Source of the DNA: the human T2T-CHM13v2.0 reference genome, Homo sapiens
Strand: one strand, 5' to 3'
DNA length: 64,000 nucleotides
Assembly (NCBI RefSeq): GCF_009914755.1
Contig: NC_060927.1
Positions 15,646 through 35,206 of the stretch are shown here, piece by piece. Every line of letters begins with the position of its first letter. Positions within the stretch are counted from its first letter, which is position 1. The notes below the pieces were generated by a model. The model searched no databases. It was not told where the DNA came from and saw nothing but the letters and a program-made list of their open reading frames with translations. The position numbers and the translations under genes are program-made.

Positions 15646-18175
15646 AGGAGCCAACATTTTAATACTCAGCCAAGTTGTCATTATGAGAAAATAAAAATGC
15701 GAAAGTCCAAAAAAGAATGTCACCCACCATGCCTCCTAGAAATAAAGATGATTTTCGGTATTATTTGTAGTCTATTTTGTCCTATCTGCAGTGGAACTTT
15801 CTATGCCTAGTTATGTCATGAGATTGGATAATACTGTGTAGCTACTATACTATTTCAATGATAGATATAGTGCCATTAGCTAATACTTTTAAAATGTCGA
15901 ATAGTTCAGCAACATTATAGAATAAATTAACTTCTGAAGGGATGCCCGAGGGGACGAAGTGACATTTTAAAATCTTGTTTCAACGAAAAAAATTATTTTC
16001 AACTTTCACCCATCTAATTTAACAAACAATTTTTGCAGCGTAATGTGGAAATGTCTGAAGTAATTTCTTTCTGTCATGCTAATGTTTGCTTGAATTTGAA
16101 TATCTTATAGCCAAAATTCATACTCTTGATATTGAGAAGATACAAATATTTATGAGAATGCTGTACAGTATTTTCCTTAAAAAATTCTCATTATTCCTTG
16201 CTATTTCTTTAGGTCAGAAAAAAGTTAGATTAGATTCTGAAACTGTTTTAAAGTACAACATCCAAGAATTGGCTTCAGTCTGACATCAATCAGCACTTCT
16301 TTTTGGTTTCAGGGTGCTTTGGGTCTGAATTACAGCAAATGATTCCCTTAAATCAATAGGAGGCAGGTGTAGAGATTTAGAAAGTAATAACATTAAGTCA
16401 ACATTGAATAAAAAATTTAATACTTGGAATACAGAATAACAGATATGTATGGTACCAATGACTTTTTCAGAATCACCTTTTAATTACAGGAGTATCTGGG
16501 TATTACATGTTCAGTGCTTGCAAATAATTGTAGTGCTAAAATGATTCATATTTAGGTTGAGATTTTAGCCTTCTCACTTTTTTCACAGCTTGTTACCACA
16601 GAAGAGATTATGTTCGAGTGTGTATATGTGTTCATGAATGACATAATTGTAACTCAAATTCCACGTCAAAATGGTTATTTTATCCAGAAGTAATTTTTCA
16701 GGTAACCTGGTAATAAGTTTAAAGGCAAGAGCAAATGAAGGCAGGTACTTTTACTTCTCATAGTTAAAGGGTGTTATATGTAAAGGGGTCATAGAGTAGA
16801 CCTTACCTTTCACCCTTATTTTCTGTTTTAAAATTCTTCCTCTTCATAAGTCTAGGAGAAAGAGAAAAAAAGAACTAGCTGTTTCTTACTGCACATCCTT
16901 GAAAACACATGGCGGTTGCAAAAGATATTGTATGGTTTCCTAAGGACTCAAGTTACTAGACTTCAGTAAGTTGGTTTATGTAGAACTTAGTGTTTGTTCT
17001 CCCTTGAATGCATGAGAACACATGAGAAGGGCTCAAGGAACTGTGCCCAGTGTAAAAGGATCCTATTGTTATGGTGTTGGGTTGAAATGGCAGGAAGGAC
17101 TAGGTCTTCAGCAGGCACAGCTCCTGAGCTAGGCACTGGCCTTATTTTTTCCTCCCTTTTAGTTCTGAGTCATAGAAAAAGAAATCTGAGCAAGGAAGAG
17201 TGAGGCAGGACAGCTCATGCAAATGAAGGAAGATCTCATCCTTAAGTTTGGTTTCAACATAATCTCAATGAATCTACAAAGACTTATGTAACCTGAGATT
17301 TCTCATGCCTGGAGCCTGTGGATCCTTAGTTCTGTGGCACCTGGAGAAAATCCCAAAGATCTAATATTATTTTGGTCATTCCCCACAGTCATCTCTTTAC
17401 CATCATGTGACTGCATAAAATGTGAATGCAGAAGAGTTTCCTGGATTTGTCAGCTGTGGCTCATTTTCTGTTTCTCAACAGTTTCATCCATCATCGTTAT
17501 TATTTAATTGGCTCTATTTAGGTCTTGTGCCACCTAGTTACACACTAAGTATCTTATAGTGGGGCTGCTTGAAGACTGTGAAACTTGCAAAATAGTTATA
17601 TGAACCTCACTCCCTTAGCCTTTATGATGTAAACAAATAGTTTACTTAGCTGTTTGTTAATATAGCTTAGGGTTATCTATGAATGCTACTGTTTTGCCAG
17701 ATTTTAAGGTTATTCTAATACCATCATCTTGGGGCTTTGGCCAAAATTACAGCCAATGACCTTGTACTAATTTATTTCTGTTAATATTGGACTTCTTGAG
17801 TCCAGAAAGTTTAAGTAACTCATTAGGAAATTTCAAAAGCTTTCACGACTACACGGTATTCTGTAAAAATATTGAATGGATGAAATAAAATAATTAGATA
17901 AAATCTCTGAGGTTGAAATTCTATTGACTTAAAGTTCATAATTATTCAGAGAAGTGTTAAGCAAATTTGTTTCATTAGGGTGTACTTTAAAAGACAGACT
18001 TTTACTTAAGTTGACTGTAGCTTAGCTCTTTTCCAAGCAGCATAGTAAATGAAACTCTGGCTGAGAAAATGTAGTGCAATTGTAGGGTTTGGACATCCAG
18101 TTATCGGGGTAGGAGGAAAACTGTACTTTCTATATGCCATTCTATAGCCCATTACAACTTGTTTTCCTTGCATAA

Positions 18176-18487
<312 letters not shown>

Positions 18488-18569
18488 AAAAAGGTGACTT
18501 TTAAAAAATGGTACTAGAGGGTGCTAGGAGTATCCTTGACTTACATCAAGGCGAAGAAGGGCAATAGCA

Positions 18570-18695
18570 TCTGTTCTCATCTATGGAGTGCATACTCTGT
18601 TCCTGGTAGTAGGAGATTTACAAACATCTTTAAAACACCAATGTGGGTATAATCGGCCCCATTTTACAGGTAAGAAAGAGGATCCTTGCAAAGCG
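18570..18695 (-). mobile_element. MIR fragment
   Basis: ccccattttacaggtaagaaa. Confidence 0.55.
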
Positions 18696-18917
18696 TTGGG
18701 GAAGAGGTAGAATACAGAAATCCTAATTGACTGAGGAAGAAAATGAATGCATTAATTGGATGTGATGAGCTGGAAGTGAGTAGATCAAATTTCCTGCCTC
18801 AAAAAATAGGGGCTTGACAAAGACACAAAGATGGGTTTTTTTGGGGAAAAAAAGATTTTTTTTTTTGCACACCAGTAGTTGAGATTTGTGAAACTAGTAC
18901 CCACTACTTATCTACCT

Positions 18918-19077
18918 CTTTCTTTTTTTATAGACAGAGTCTTGCTCTGTTGTCCAGATTGGAGTGCAGTGGCATGAGCATAGCTCACTACAGCCTTGAA
19001 CTCCTGGTCTCAAGCAATCCTCACACCTCAGCCTCACAAAGCACTGGGATTACATGTGTGAGCCACTGTGCCTGGCC
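18918..19077 (-). mobile_element. monomeric Alu (FAM/FRAM-like)
   Basis: about 160-bp single arm with J-type diagnostics. Confidence 0.82.
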
Positions 19078-19239
19078 TCACCTGTGTACCCTTATGTTGT
19101 CTATGTACCTTTATGTTGTCTATGTGGCGAGCATATTGGTATTCATACTCAATATTCATTGAGTATCTACCATGTGCACAGCATTTTGTTAAAGTAGGGG
19201 CTCCCATCAGTTGTTCATGATGAAATAATTTAGAGACAC

Positions 19240-19570
19240 TCACTTTCTGCCTCGTCTGGGAACTCTTATTCATGCTTTAAGAAGCAGCTCATACTTTAAC
19301 TTCTCTTTGAAGTCCTACCTGAACACATCAATCAGACATTAATCAACCTCTGTTGTAAATTTCTGTCTGTAGTACATCTATCATAGACTAATCCCATGGA
19401 CCATATTTATTAGTTAATCTGCTTGTCCCTTTCTGCTAGACTGTGAGACTATGAATTCCATGCCATCAAAGGCTGGCTCCTTGTCCCTCATCCATCATAT
19501 ACGCCAGTGATTATGTCAGCCTGGCTCTTAGTAGCAGTTCATGAAGCTTACTCAGTACATGAATTACTGT
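19240..19570 (+). mobile_element. L2 fragment
   Basis: ctcttattcatgctttaag...tgctagactgtgag... Confidence 0.5.
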
Positions 19571-19639
19571 ATACCAGCAGTTCTAGGTAAAGCAGAAAGT
19601 TCTTCTCCTTTAAAGTTGCTCAAAATTTTAAGAGGTATG

Positions 19640-19850
19640 ACTAACTGAGCTCCTGCACACTTCATGTATATTATCTAATTTAACCTTACTATAATCTACT
19701 TAGCTTGGTATTATTTCACTGGCCCCTTCATTTATAAAGCTGCCCAGAGGTATTAAGTAGCAAGCCCAATATCACTGAGCTAGTAAGTAGTGGAACAGGA
19801 AATAAAATTTAGTCTGCCTGTCTCTGAAGCTGTTTATTCCACCGAGTTAA
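19640..19850 (-). mobile_element. MIR
   Basis: ttatctaatttaacctta...attaagtagcaagcccaatatcactgagctagtaagt. Confidence 0.65.
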
Positions 19851-20071
19851 CACTGAGTTCCATATGTAAGGATGCCAGCATCTTACTCTGTCATTATCTA
19901 TTTGATTCTTTGCGTTTCTTTTTTTTTCTTTTTCTTTTTTTTTTTTTATTATACTTTAAGTTTTAGGGTACATGTGCACATTGTGCAGGTTAGTTACATA
20001 TGTATACATGTGCCATGCTGGTGCGCTGCACCCACTAACTCGTCATCTAGCATTAGGTATATCTCCCAATG

Positions 20072-24007
<3,936 letters not shown>

Positions 24008-24043
24008 TTAGTTGATGCAGTTTCTTCCTAGTCTCGATGGTCT

Positions 24044-25060
24044 TTACATTTTGGCATGATTTTGCAGCGGCTGGTACCGGTTGTTCCTTTCCATGTTTAG
24101 CGCTTCCTTCAGGAGCTCTTTTAGGGCAGGCCTGGTGGTGACAAAATCTCTCAGCATTTGCTTGTCTGTAAAGTATTTGATTTCTCCTTCACTTACGAAG
24201 CTTATTTTGGGTGGATATGAAATTCTGGGTTGAAAATTCTTTTCTTTAAGAATGTTGAATATTGGCCCCCACTCTCTTCTGGCTTGTAGGGTTTCTGCCG
24301 AGAGATCCGCTGTTAGTCTGATGGGCTTCCCTTTGAGGGTAACCCGACCTTTCTCTCTGGCTGCCCTTAACATTTTTTCCTTCATTTCAACTTTGGTGAA
24401 TCTGACAATTATGTGTCTTGGAGTTGCTCTTCTCGAGGAGTATCTTTGTGGCGTTCTCTGTATTTCCGGAATCTGAACGTTGGCCTGCCTTGCTAGATTG
24501 GGGAAGTTCTCCTGGATAATATCCTGCAGAGTGTTTTCCAACTTGGTTCCATTCTCCGCATCACTTTCAGGTACACCAATCAGACGTAGATTTGGTCTTT
24601 TTCACATAGTCCCATATTTCTTGGAGGCTTTGCTCATTTCTTTTTATTCTTTTTCTCTAAACTTCCCTTCTCGCTTCATTTCATTCATTTCATCTTCCAT
24701 TGCTGATACCCTTTCTTCCAGTTGATCGCATCGGCTCCTGAGGCTTCTGCATTCTTCACGTAGTTCTCGAGCCTTGGTTTTCAGCTCCATCAGCTCCTTT
24801 AAGCACTTCTCTGTATTGGTTATTCTAGTTATACATTCTTCTAAATTTTTTTCAAAGTTTTCAACTTCTTTGCCTTTGGTTTGAATGTCCTCCCGTAGCT
24901 CAGAGTAATTTGATCGTCTGAAGCCTTCTTCTCTCAGCTCGTCAAAGTCATTCTCCATCCAGCTTTGTTCCGTTGCTGGTGAGGAACTGCGTTCCTTTGG
25001 AGGAGGAGAGGCGCTCTGTATTTTAGAGTTTCCAGTTTTTCTGTTCTGTTTTTTCCCCAT
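24044..25060 (-). pseudogene. L1 ORF1, disrupted
   Basis: MGKKQNRK start and ..QNHAKM end; span 1017 nt (canonical), but -1 and +1 indels give a stop after aa 138. Confidence 0.93.
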
Positions 25061-25915
25061 CTTTGTGGTTTTATCTACTTTTGGTCTTTGATGATGGTGA
25101 TGTACAGATGGGTTTTTGGTGTGGATGTCCTTTCTGTTTGTTAGTTTTCCTTCTAACAGACAGGACCCTCAGCTGCAGGTCTGTTGGAATACCCTGCCGT
25201 GTGAGGTGTCAGAGTGCCCCTGCTGGGGGGTGCCTCCCAGTTAGGCTGCTCGGGGGTCAGGTGTCAGGGACCCACTTGAGGCAGTCTGCCCGTTCTCAGA
25301 TCTCCAGCTGCGTGCTGGGAGAACCACTGCTCTCTTCAAAGCTGTCAGACAGGGACATTTAAGTCTGCAGAGGTTACTGCTGTCTTTTTGTTTGTCTGTG
25401 CCCTGCCCCCAGAGGTGGAGCCTACAGAGGCAGGCAGGCCTCCTTGAGCTGTGGTGGGCTCCACCCAGTTGGAGCTTCCTGGCTGCTTTGTTTACCTAAG
25501 CAAGCCTGGGCAATGGCGGGCGCCCCTCCTCCAGCCTCGCTGCCGCCTTGCAGTTTGATCTCAGACTGCTGTGCTAGCAATCAGCGAGACTCCGTGGGTG
25601 TAGGACCCTCCGAGCCAGGTGTGGCATATAGTCTCGTGGTGCGCTGTTTTTTAAGCCGGTCTGAAAAGCGCAATATTCGGGTGGGAGTGACCCGATTTTC
25701 CAGGTGCGTCCCTCACCCCTTTCTTTGACTCGGAAAGGGAACTCCCTGACCCCTTGCGCTTCCCAGGTGAGGCAATGCCTCGCCCTGCTTCGGCTCGCGC
25801 ACGGTGCGCGCACCCACTGGCCTGCGCCCACTGTCTGGTACTCCCTAGTGAGATGAACCCGGTACCTCAGATGGAAATGCAGAAATCACCCGTCTTCTGC
25901 GTCGCTCACGCTGGG
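25061..25915. promoter_or_regulatory. L1 5'UTR: sense promoter (5'-clipped) and antisense promoter, CpG-rich
   Basis: recognisable L1 5'UTR sequence; promoter activity is from established knowledge of the family. Confidence 0.8.
25513..25728 (+). CDS. L1 antisense ORF0, 71 aa
   Basis: gcaATGg Kozak; [36 protein letters not shown]...HPFL*. Confidence 0.85.
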   Translation: MAGAPPPASLPPCSLISDCCASNQRDSVGVGPSEPGVAYSLVVRCFLSRSEKRNIRVGVTRFSRCVPHPFL

Positions 25916-25954
25916 CTTTTTTTCTTTTTCAATACTGCTCCTTCTCTATACATT

Positions 25955-26335
<381 letters not shown>

Positions 26336-26955
26336 TTATACATTTTTTTTCAACAACATATCACATTGTAGCCATCTCCCAGCCACCAAATGAATTATAA
26401 AAATACTAACTCTTCCAGATCTGGGTATACACGCCACCTGCTAGTATTTGGTTGGAGAGAAAATTTCTCAGCCTCTTTCTGTGTGGTGATAATGAATACA
26501 CTCAGCATCCAGCACGTTTTTAGGCATCTTGAGGAGGAGAGCACACCCAGGGTCTGAAATGTCCTTAGAGCGTGAGAGTTTGGACTCAAGAGAGTCTAGA
26601 AAAATGCCCAAGTGCTACTTGCATGTGACAGCCAGGCAGATCTGAGTGTATTTATTCTGATAAACCTTAACCCTGAAAACTCAGAGGTAAGTTCTCAGTG
26701 TCTCAACAGAAAGAAATATGCAGCCTGGAAGGTAAACATGGAAGATAGAGTGCCTGCATGGAGAAGACACTAACCCAGGAAGATCGTGAGCTCCCCTTTG
26801 AATAAGATGTTCCTCCAGGGCAAAGATGACAAGGCTGTCCCTAATGCCTAGCTCACAGTATGTAGTGATCACAAGACCTGCTCAATAAATTTTTGTTGAT
26901 GAAGCATTATCCATTGTTATATAGATCATCTGAAGCCATATCCTAAAAGGATATA

Positions 26956-27268
26956 CAGTTGTCCCTTAGTATGGGGGAGGATTGGTTTCAGAGCCCCCCC
27001 AAACCATACTAAACTCCGAGAATGTTTACATAAAATGATGTAGTATTTGATATAACCTATGCTCACACTCTCACAGACATTAAATAATCTCTAGGTTAGG
27101 TATAATATCTAATACAATGTAAATGCTATGCAAGTAATTGTTATACTGTATTGTTTCTAAAGTATGTATTTTTTGTTATATTCTTATTTTTTATTTTTTT
27201 CAAGTATTTTCCATCTATAGTTGGTTAAATCTGTGGACACAAAACCAGTGGATATGGAGGGCTAATTA
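26956..27268. mobile_element. MER2 (Tigger family)
   Basis: ta-cagttgtcccttagtat...ggattggtttcag...ggatatggagggctaatta. Confidence 0.85.
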
Positions 27269-27316
27269 CACTGACATAAAAAATAGATTACTCTAGATTT
27301 TAAAATTAAGGTATAG

Positions 27317-27696
<380 letters not shown>

Positions 27697-28576
27697 TGAC
27701 ACCCTCTTTTAAAGAGGCTCTAACAGCATGGAGGAAAATGCAGCATGGCTTTATTAATAGTTAGTGAAATGGCAGGGCATACACTCTGTAGAATAGCTCC
27801 ATATGGTGAGAGCAGAAGACTACATCTTTTATTACCCCACCTTCAAAACCGAAAACCTTGTAGTGAAGAGCTGCCAACAGCACACTGCAAAATGACAAAA
27901 GCCCCATAGCACAATGAACTGCTAGATTGTATTACGCTCTGCACATAGAGCAGGAAAATCCCACTTATCATGTAATCATACACACGTGTTATCCCATGTG
28001 TGTGAAGCTCAGCCTACAGCCTGAGATTCCACAGCTAAAATCAAAGGGAACAGGGCATATGTCTGAAGGCAGGAAAGGCAAATACAAAGAGAGCCACGAT
28101 TTCTCATAAACCAGTCATAAAAGGTCATTTTCCTTATCAAACCAATTAATCTATTTAGCTCAACTGATTCTTTGAGACAGTAAAAATTGCTTACGTATCT
28201 TGCAAGCACTGAGGAAAGGATCAGCTTTTCTTTTAAAATCAAGAGTGTTAAGATCATTGCAGATATATGACATTCTTGTTGAAATGTTTTTTGTTTTGAA
28301 AGCTATACATGGTAATTGTAGAAATAATTAGAAAATAAAGACAAGAGTTTTTAAGAAATGCCAGTATTTCTTCCCCTAAAAGACAGTAACTTTTAACATT
28401 TTGGTGAATATATTTGTGGACCCACAACAATGGGCTGATGCCACGAATATTGTTTTATACTTTTTTCCACTTATAAAGATATTGTGAACAATTCTCCATG
28501 ATAATATGTATTTTTAAATTAATTAAATTACATACAGAAAAGTATGCATATTGTATCATATCAAGGCATAATTTAA

Positions 28577-29032
<456 letters not shown>

Positions 29033-29285
29033 TAGGATTACTATTAAAATTGGAATTACTGGTTAAATGAGATGATTTTTTCTAAAGCTTTGCCATATAG
29101 CTTTCTGGAATAGTCATACCTGGCTATGCTCCTACCCTCAGTGCACGAGCTTATATGAAGAAAGGGAGGTTGTGTCATTTAGAAGTTGCAAAGAGTTTTC
29201 TTTCTCTGGAAAGCATGTGTATTTCTTTAAGCATGAATTGCATGAATAAGTCCTTTGGCCTTTTTTTTTTTTTTTTCTACTGGGA

Positions 29286-29709
29286 TGTCTTTGTTTGTGT
29301 TGCTATAAAGGAATACCCGAGGCTGGGTAATTCATAAAGAAAAGAGGTTTATTTGGCTCAGGTTCTGCGGGCTGTACAAAAAGCATGGCACCAGTATTTG
29401 CTTCTGGCAAGGGCCTCAGGCTGCTTCCACTCATGGCCGAAGGGAAAGGGGAGCTAGAGTGTGCAGAGGTCACAGGGGAGAGCAGAAGCAGGAGAGAGGG
29501 GAGGGAGGTGTCAGGCTCTTTTTACAAACCAGTTCTGGATGGAACTAAGAGAGTGAGAGTTCATTTCCGTGAGGACAGCACCAGGACGTTCATGAGGGAT
29601 CTGTTCCTGTGACCCAAGCATTTCCCATGAGGCCCCACCTCCAACACTGGGGATCACATTTCAACATAAGACTTGGCGGGGCCAAACAAACCGTATCTAA
29701 CCCATAGCA
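29286..29709 (-). mobile_element. MSTB-like MaLR solo LTR
   Basis: TG...CA ends; perfect 5-bp TSD tggga (29281-29285, 29710-29714); gctataaaggaatacc..aaagaaaagaggtttatttggctca. Confidence 0.9.
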
Positions 29710-29846
29710 TGGGATATTCGTCTTTTCTTTTCAATTACAATATCTTCTTACGTCATAATGAATTAATCTTTTATCTGACTTATGTGAAGGAATTTTTCTT
29801 ATTTTATCATTTGCCTTTGAAATATTTATGTATATTTGTGTGTGTG

Positions 29847-30772
<926 letters not shown>

Positions 30773-31352
30773 TATATATATTTTTTCTTCACAGGTAGAC
30801 ATTTACATTTTTTATCTAGACACGTATTTCTTTTTTTAAAATAGATTATGCCTTGGTGATGTGCTTAGTATTGTAAAAACATTTATATTCTAGTCTTCAT
30901 ATTTTCCATGTTGGGGGACCTCTGCTCTAGTGACACCCCTGGACTCTCACTGGACCACCCACTTACCTGAGTGGTGACTTTGGGAACAGAAACAGACCCT
31001 TTAACCCTTCTCGAATCTGCCCCCTTCCTGAAAATAGCACATATCCTCTGATCCTTACATTTTATAGGGCACACCTCTTCCCCCAAGGTAAAGGCCTGGA
31101 AGTTGAGTACTGCCTGTAATCAAGAAAGTCAACTTTTGAAGTACAGTATTAGCAGGTCCACGGCCATTGCTGACTTAATAACTTAAGAGTATTGCTGAAG
31201 CTATAATCTCTAATACCTGCTTTATCAGTGATAATGTTCATTTTCTCACTGACTCCAGGGTTGAGCTCTCAGTTGGTTACAAACTAAGGCAGGAAAAGAA
31301 AGCATGTTCTTGTAGTAGCTATCTTTACTTAAAAATTTCTTTTTCACATTAA

Positions 31353-32017
<665 letters not shown>

Positions 32018-32699
32018 ACATATGAATATTTATAGTTCTTCTTTGACTTACTTGTTTTTTTATCTCTTAATTCTTTGTTTCAGAGTAGCTAATGTTGCTG
32101 TTGGATTTCTGTTTTTATATAAGGCACTGACACTCAAAAAAAGGGAGCAGGCTCTGTTAGCCCCTCAGGTTATCTGTGGTTTGGGGGGCAGTTCTTCCCT
32201 TGTTCCTACCAGCCTTGCTTTCTGGGGTCTGAGCCTAAATCTTATTTACCTTGACTTGTTATCTGATAAAAATTTTAGTCTTGATTCTCGCACTGTTTGA
32301 CGCTCAGCCTGTTGCAGCATGGCCTCCACCTCTCATTCTCACTGAATTTTTTCTTTGCAAGTTATGTCCCTGGCTCTTCTTTTCTGTATCACTACCCCTG
32401 GGATATTAGGTGTTTGACTCAGAGGTGAGCTAAAGTGTAGTGACTCTGTCCAGACTTAATCTTAGAGCTCCAGAGCTTCACATTATTTTCCCCCTAAATT
32501 CTATCACCCATAAACAGGCAAAGATACTTGGAGTTGCCATGTACTGCAATGGCCTTGTACGTATCATGGGTCTCTCAGCTTGGTGACACCAGTCCAGGCT
32601 ATATGAAGAACTTTTGTTGTTATTTAAGAACATAGTATATACTGTTATTCTTTTAAATTCATCATCCATAGAAAGACAGAATGCTATTATGAGAAGAGT

Positions 32700-32900
32700 C
32701 TTTGAATAAGATAGAACTGGATTCAGATCCTGCTTTTCCTGCTTTACCAGCTGTGTAACCTGCTATGTTGACCTTTAAGACTGAGTTTCCTCATCTATAA
32801 AATAGTGAAAATAGTAAGCATTCTCTCAGAAAATGAGAGAATTTTTGTAGGGTACCTAGCACAATGCTTGGAGATGACAGAAGATTGATACCTGTTGGTT
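32700..32900 (+). mobile_element. MIR
   Basis: gtttcctcatctataaaatag core. Confidence 0.7.
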
Positions 32901-33280
32901 AAATATGTTTTTTTATTCTGTTGCCTTCTCTTCTACATTGGGCGAGATTTCAGCTCTAATCTTTTAGCACATTCATAGAATAAATAATTTCAAAGTATTT
33001 TTCATGCATAATCTGGTAAATTACTCTGTTTTATTCTGTTCTTCTACAAACCACCAAAAGGAACGAGCAAATCAGGGACACTTCCAGGGGACATGACTCT
33101 TCCAAGGGTTCCCTTAGAAATAGTTGGTCCCTAATCATCTGACCACAGAAGGTGTGTGATCTCATGTCATCAACTCTCAGTTCTGATTGACTTTGCTCAG
33201 GGTTCTCATTTGTTCTGCGGATCATTCTCTACTCACATTCTTTACCTTTATCCACTCGAGCATTATGCCTGGTAAATAGC

Positions 33281-33533
33281 TGTTTTTTAAAAAAGTTAAA
33301 GTTTAATTTCATTGTTACATTTTAATTGACATAATAATTCTGCATATTTCTGAGGTATGGTGTAGTATTTTGATACATGTATACAATATGTGTAATGATG
33401 AAAGCAGGGTAATTAGCATTTATCACCTCAAATATTGATCATTTCTTTGTGTTGGGAACATTCAAATGATCTCTTCCTGTTTGATGAGTTTGGATGCATT
33501 CAGGGTAGTATCATTTCTTCCAGCTATTTGAAA
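33281..33533 (-). mobile_element. L1MA-type 3' end
   Basis: ttttgatacatgtatacaat..atcacctcaaa..tttctttgtgttgggaacattcaa; TSD aaatagct. Confidence 0.78.
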
Positions 33534-33579
33534 GAAATAGCTTTTGAGACACAGTTTAGGAAGCATCTTTATCCAGCCG

Positions 33580-33800
33580 TTCGTTCTTTCCCCTCTCAGA
33601 TAGAGTGAGCGCTTGTTTCTTTGTGCCCCCTTTGCGCCCATCCAAGTGTCTCACATGGAACCTGCTATTCTCTAAAGTCCTTATTTGTTACTATGATCTT
33701 TTCTTCCATTCTGTGGTCCAAAGCCAAGCACAGCATTTGGTATACAGTAGGTGTTTTATAAATATCTGTTGAAGGTAAGAGTGGTGAATTAATGAATAGT
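33580..33800 (+). mobile_element. L2 3' end
   Basis: agcacagcatttggtatacagtaggtg..ataaatatctgttga. Confidence 0.6.
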
Positions 33801-34595
33801 GGAAGACAGAGAGTCATTGAAATGAAGGTCATTGCCACAGACGATGGCCCACATGCTGTTTTCAGAGTGTCACAGCATGCCAAATGGGGCCTTCCAATGA
33901 GGGCTTGAATACCTACTTCCTCAGTTTTCTGTTGAGATAATTATTCGGCTGGGTAAGGTTGAAAGGTGATTGGAATATTTGTTAGGGAACCAAAATGCTT
34001 CAGCCAGAAATTCAGACGGCTCCTTGTCTTCATAAACTGCTTGGGATAAATAAGCCTAGTTTGTGTAATTCACACTAAGCCTTGGTGTGGGGGGGCAAAT
34101 GGGTGTATGACCTCATGTGTACATTTCCCCTTGGCATATTTTAATGAATATAACTCAGTTTATTGAAAAGGCTTTAGAAACAAAAATATTTCTTTAATTG
34201 AAAATTAAAACCCCTAATATATTTTCTTATTGCTTTGTATAGGTAAGATGTTCATCATTTTAATGATCTGTCTTATTTTAAAATTAAGGGAAGCAACTGA
34301 TTGAGTAAATAAACTGGGAAGAAGAGACAAGTCTTTCTCACAGTATGATTCCTAGATATTCACCCTTCCAAAGAATATGTATAAATACTTTCTTTTCCAG
34401 GATGGTCTTGACCCTCACCCCTCTTAAATGTGGGCTAGACTGAGTGACTCTCTTCCAAAGAATAAATAAAAGAAAGGGAAAAACAGTAAACTTACAGTAA
34501 GAAACTTGGCAAACACTACTTTAACCAAAGATGAAGATTAATGTCACCAGTGACATCATATGGATATTACATACCTCTTGATAAGAAGTGATGAG

Positions 34596-34892
34596 GGCTG
34601 GGCGTGGTAGCACATGCCTGTAATCCCAGCACTTTGGGAGGCTGAGGTGGGAGGATCACGAGGTGAAGAAATGGAGACCATCCTGGCCAACATGGTGAAA
34701 CCCCGTCTCTACTAAAAATACAAAAAATTAGCTGGGTGTGGTGGTGCATGCCTGTAATTCTAGCTACTGGGGAGGCTGAGGCAGAAGCATTGCTTGAACC
34801 CAGGAGGCAGAGGTTGCAGTGAGTTGAGGTTGTGCTGCTGCACTCCAGCCTGGTGACAGAGCAAGACTCTGTCTCAAAAAAGAAAAAAAAAA
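34596..34892 (+). mobile_element. AluSc-like
   Basis: full dimer; TSD aagtgatgag. Confidence 0.94.
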
Positions 34893-35206
34893 GTGATGAG
34901 AAGGGCACTTCCCTCTGTGACTCTTTCTAAATACCCATAACCCTATTCTATTCATAAGAAAAACAACAGCCAGTTGCAGATTGGAGGACATTCTACAGAA
35001 CACCTTACCAGTACTCAAGACAGTAAAAGTCATGACAAACAAGGAAAGGCTGAGAAACTGCCACAGACCAGGGGACACATGGAACTCAATGGCATGTCCA
35101 TAGGTTGGATCCTGGAATAGAAAGAGGATCATTATGTAAAGACTAGTGGAATCCAAATAAAGTCTGGAGTGTAGTTAATGGGAATCTATCAATGTCAGTT
35201 TCTTAG

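Noticed and set aside
33481-33496. ttgatgagtttgga resembling the SV40 poly(A) region (vector contamination)
   Set aside because: Only about 14 nt with no further match; compatible with chance
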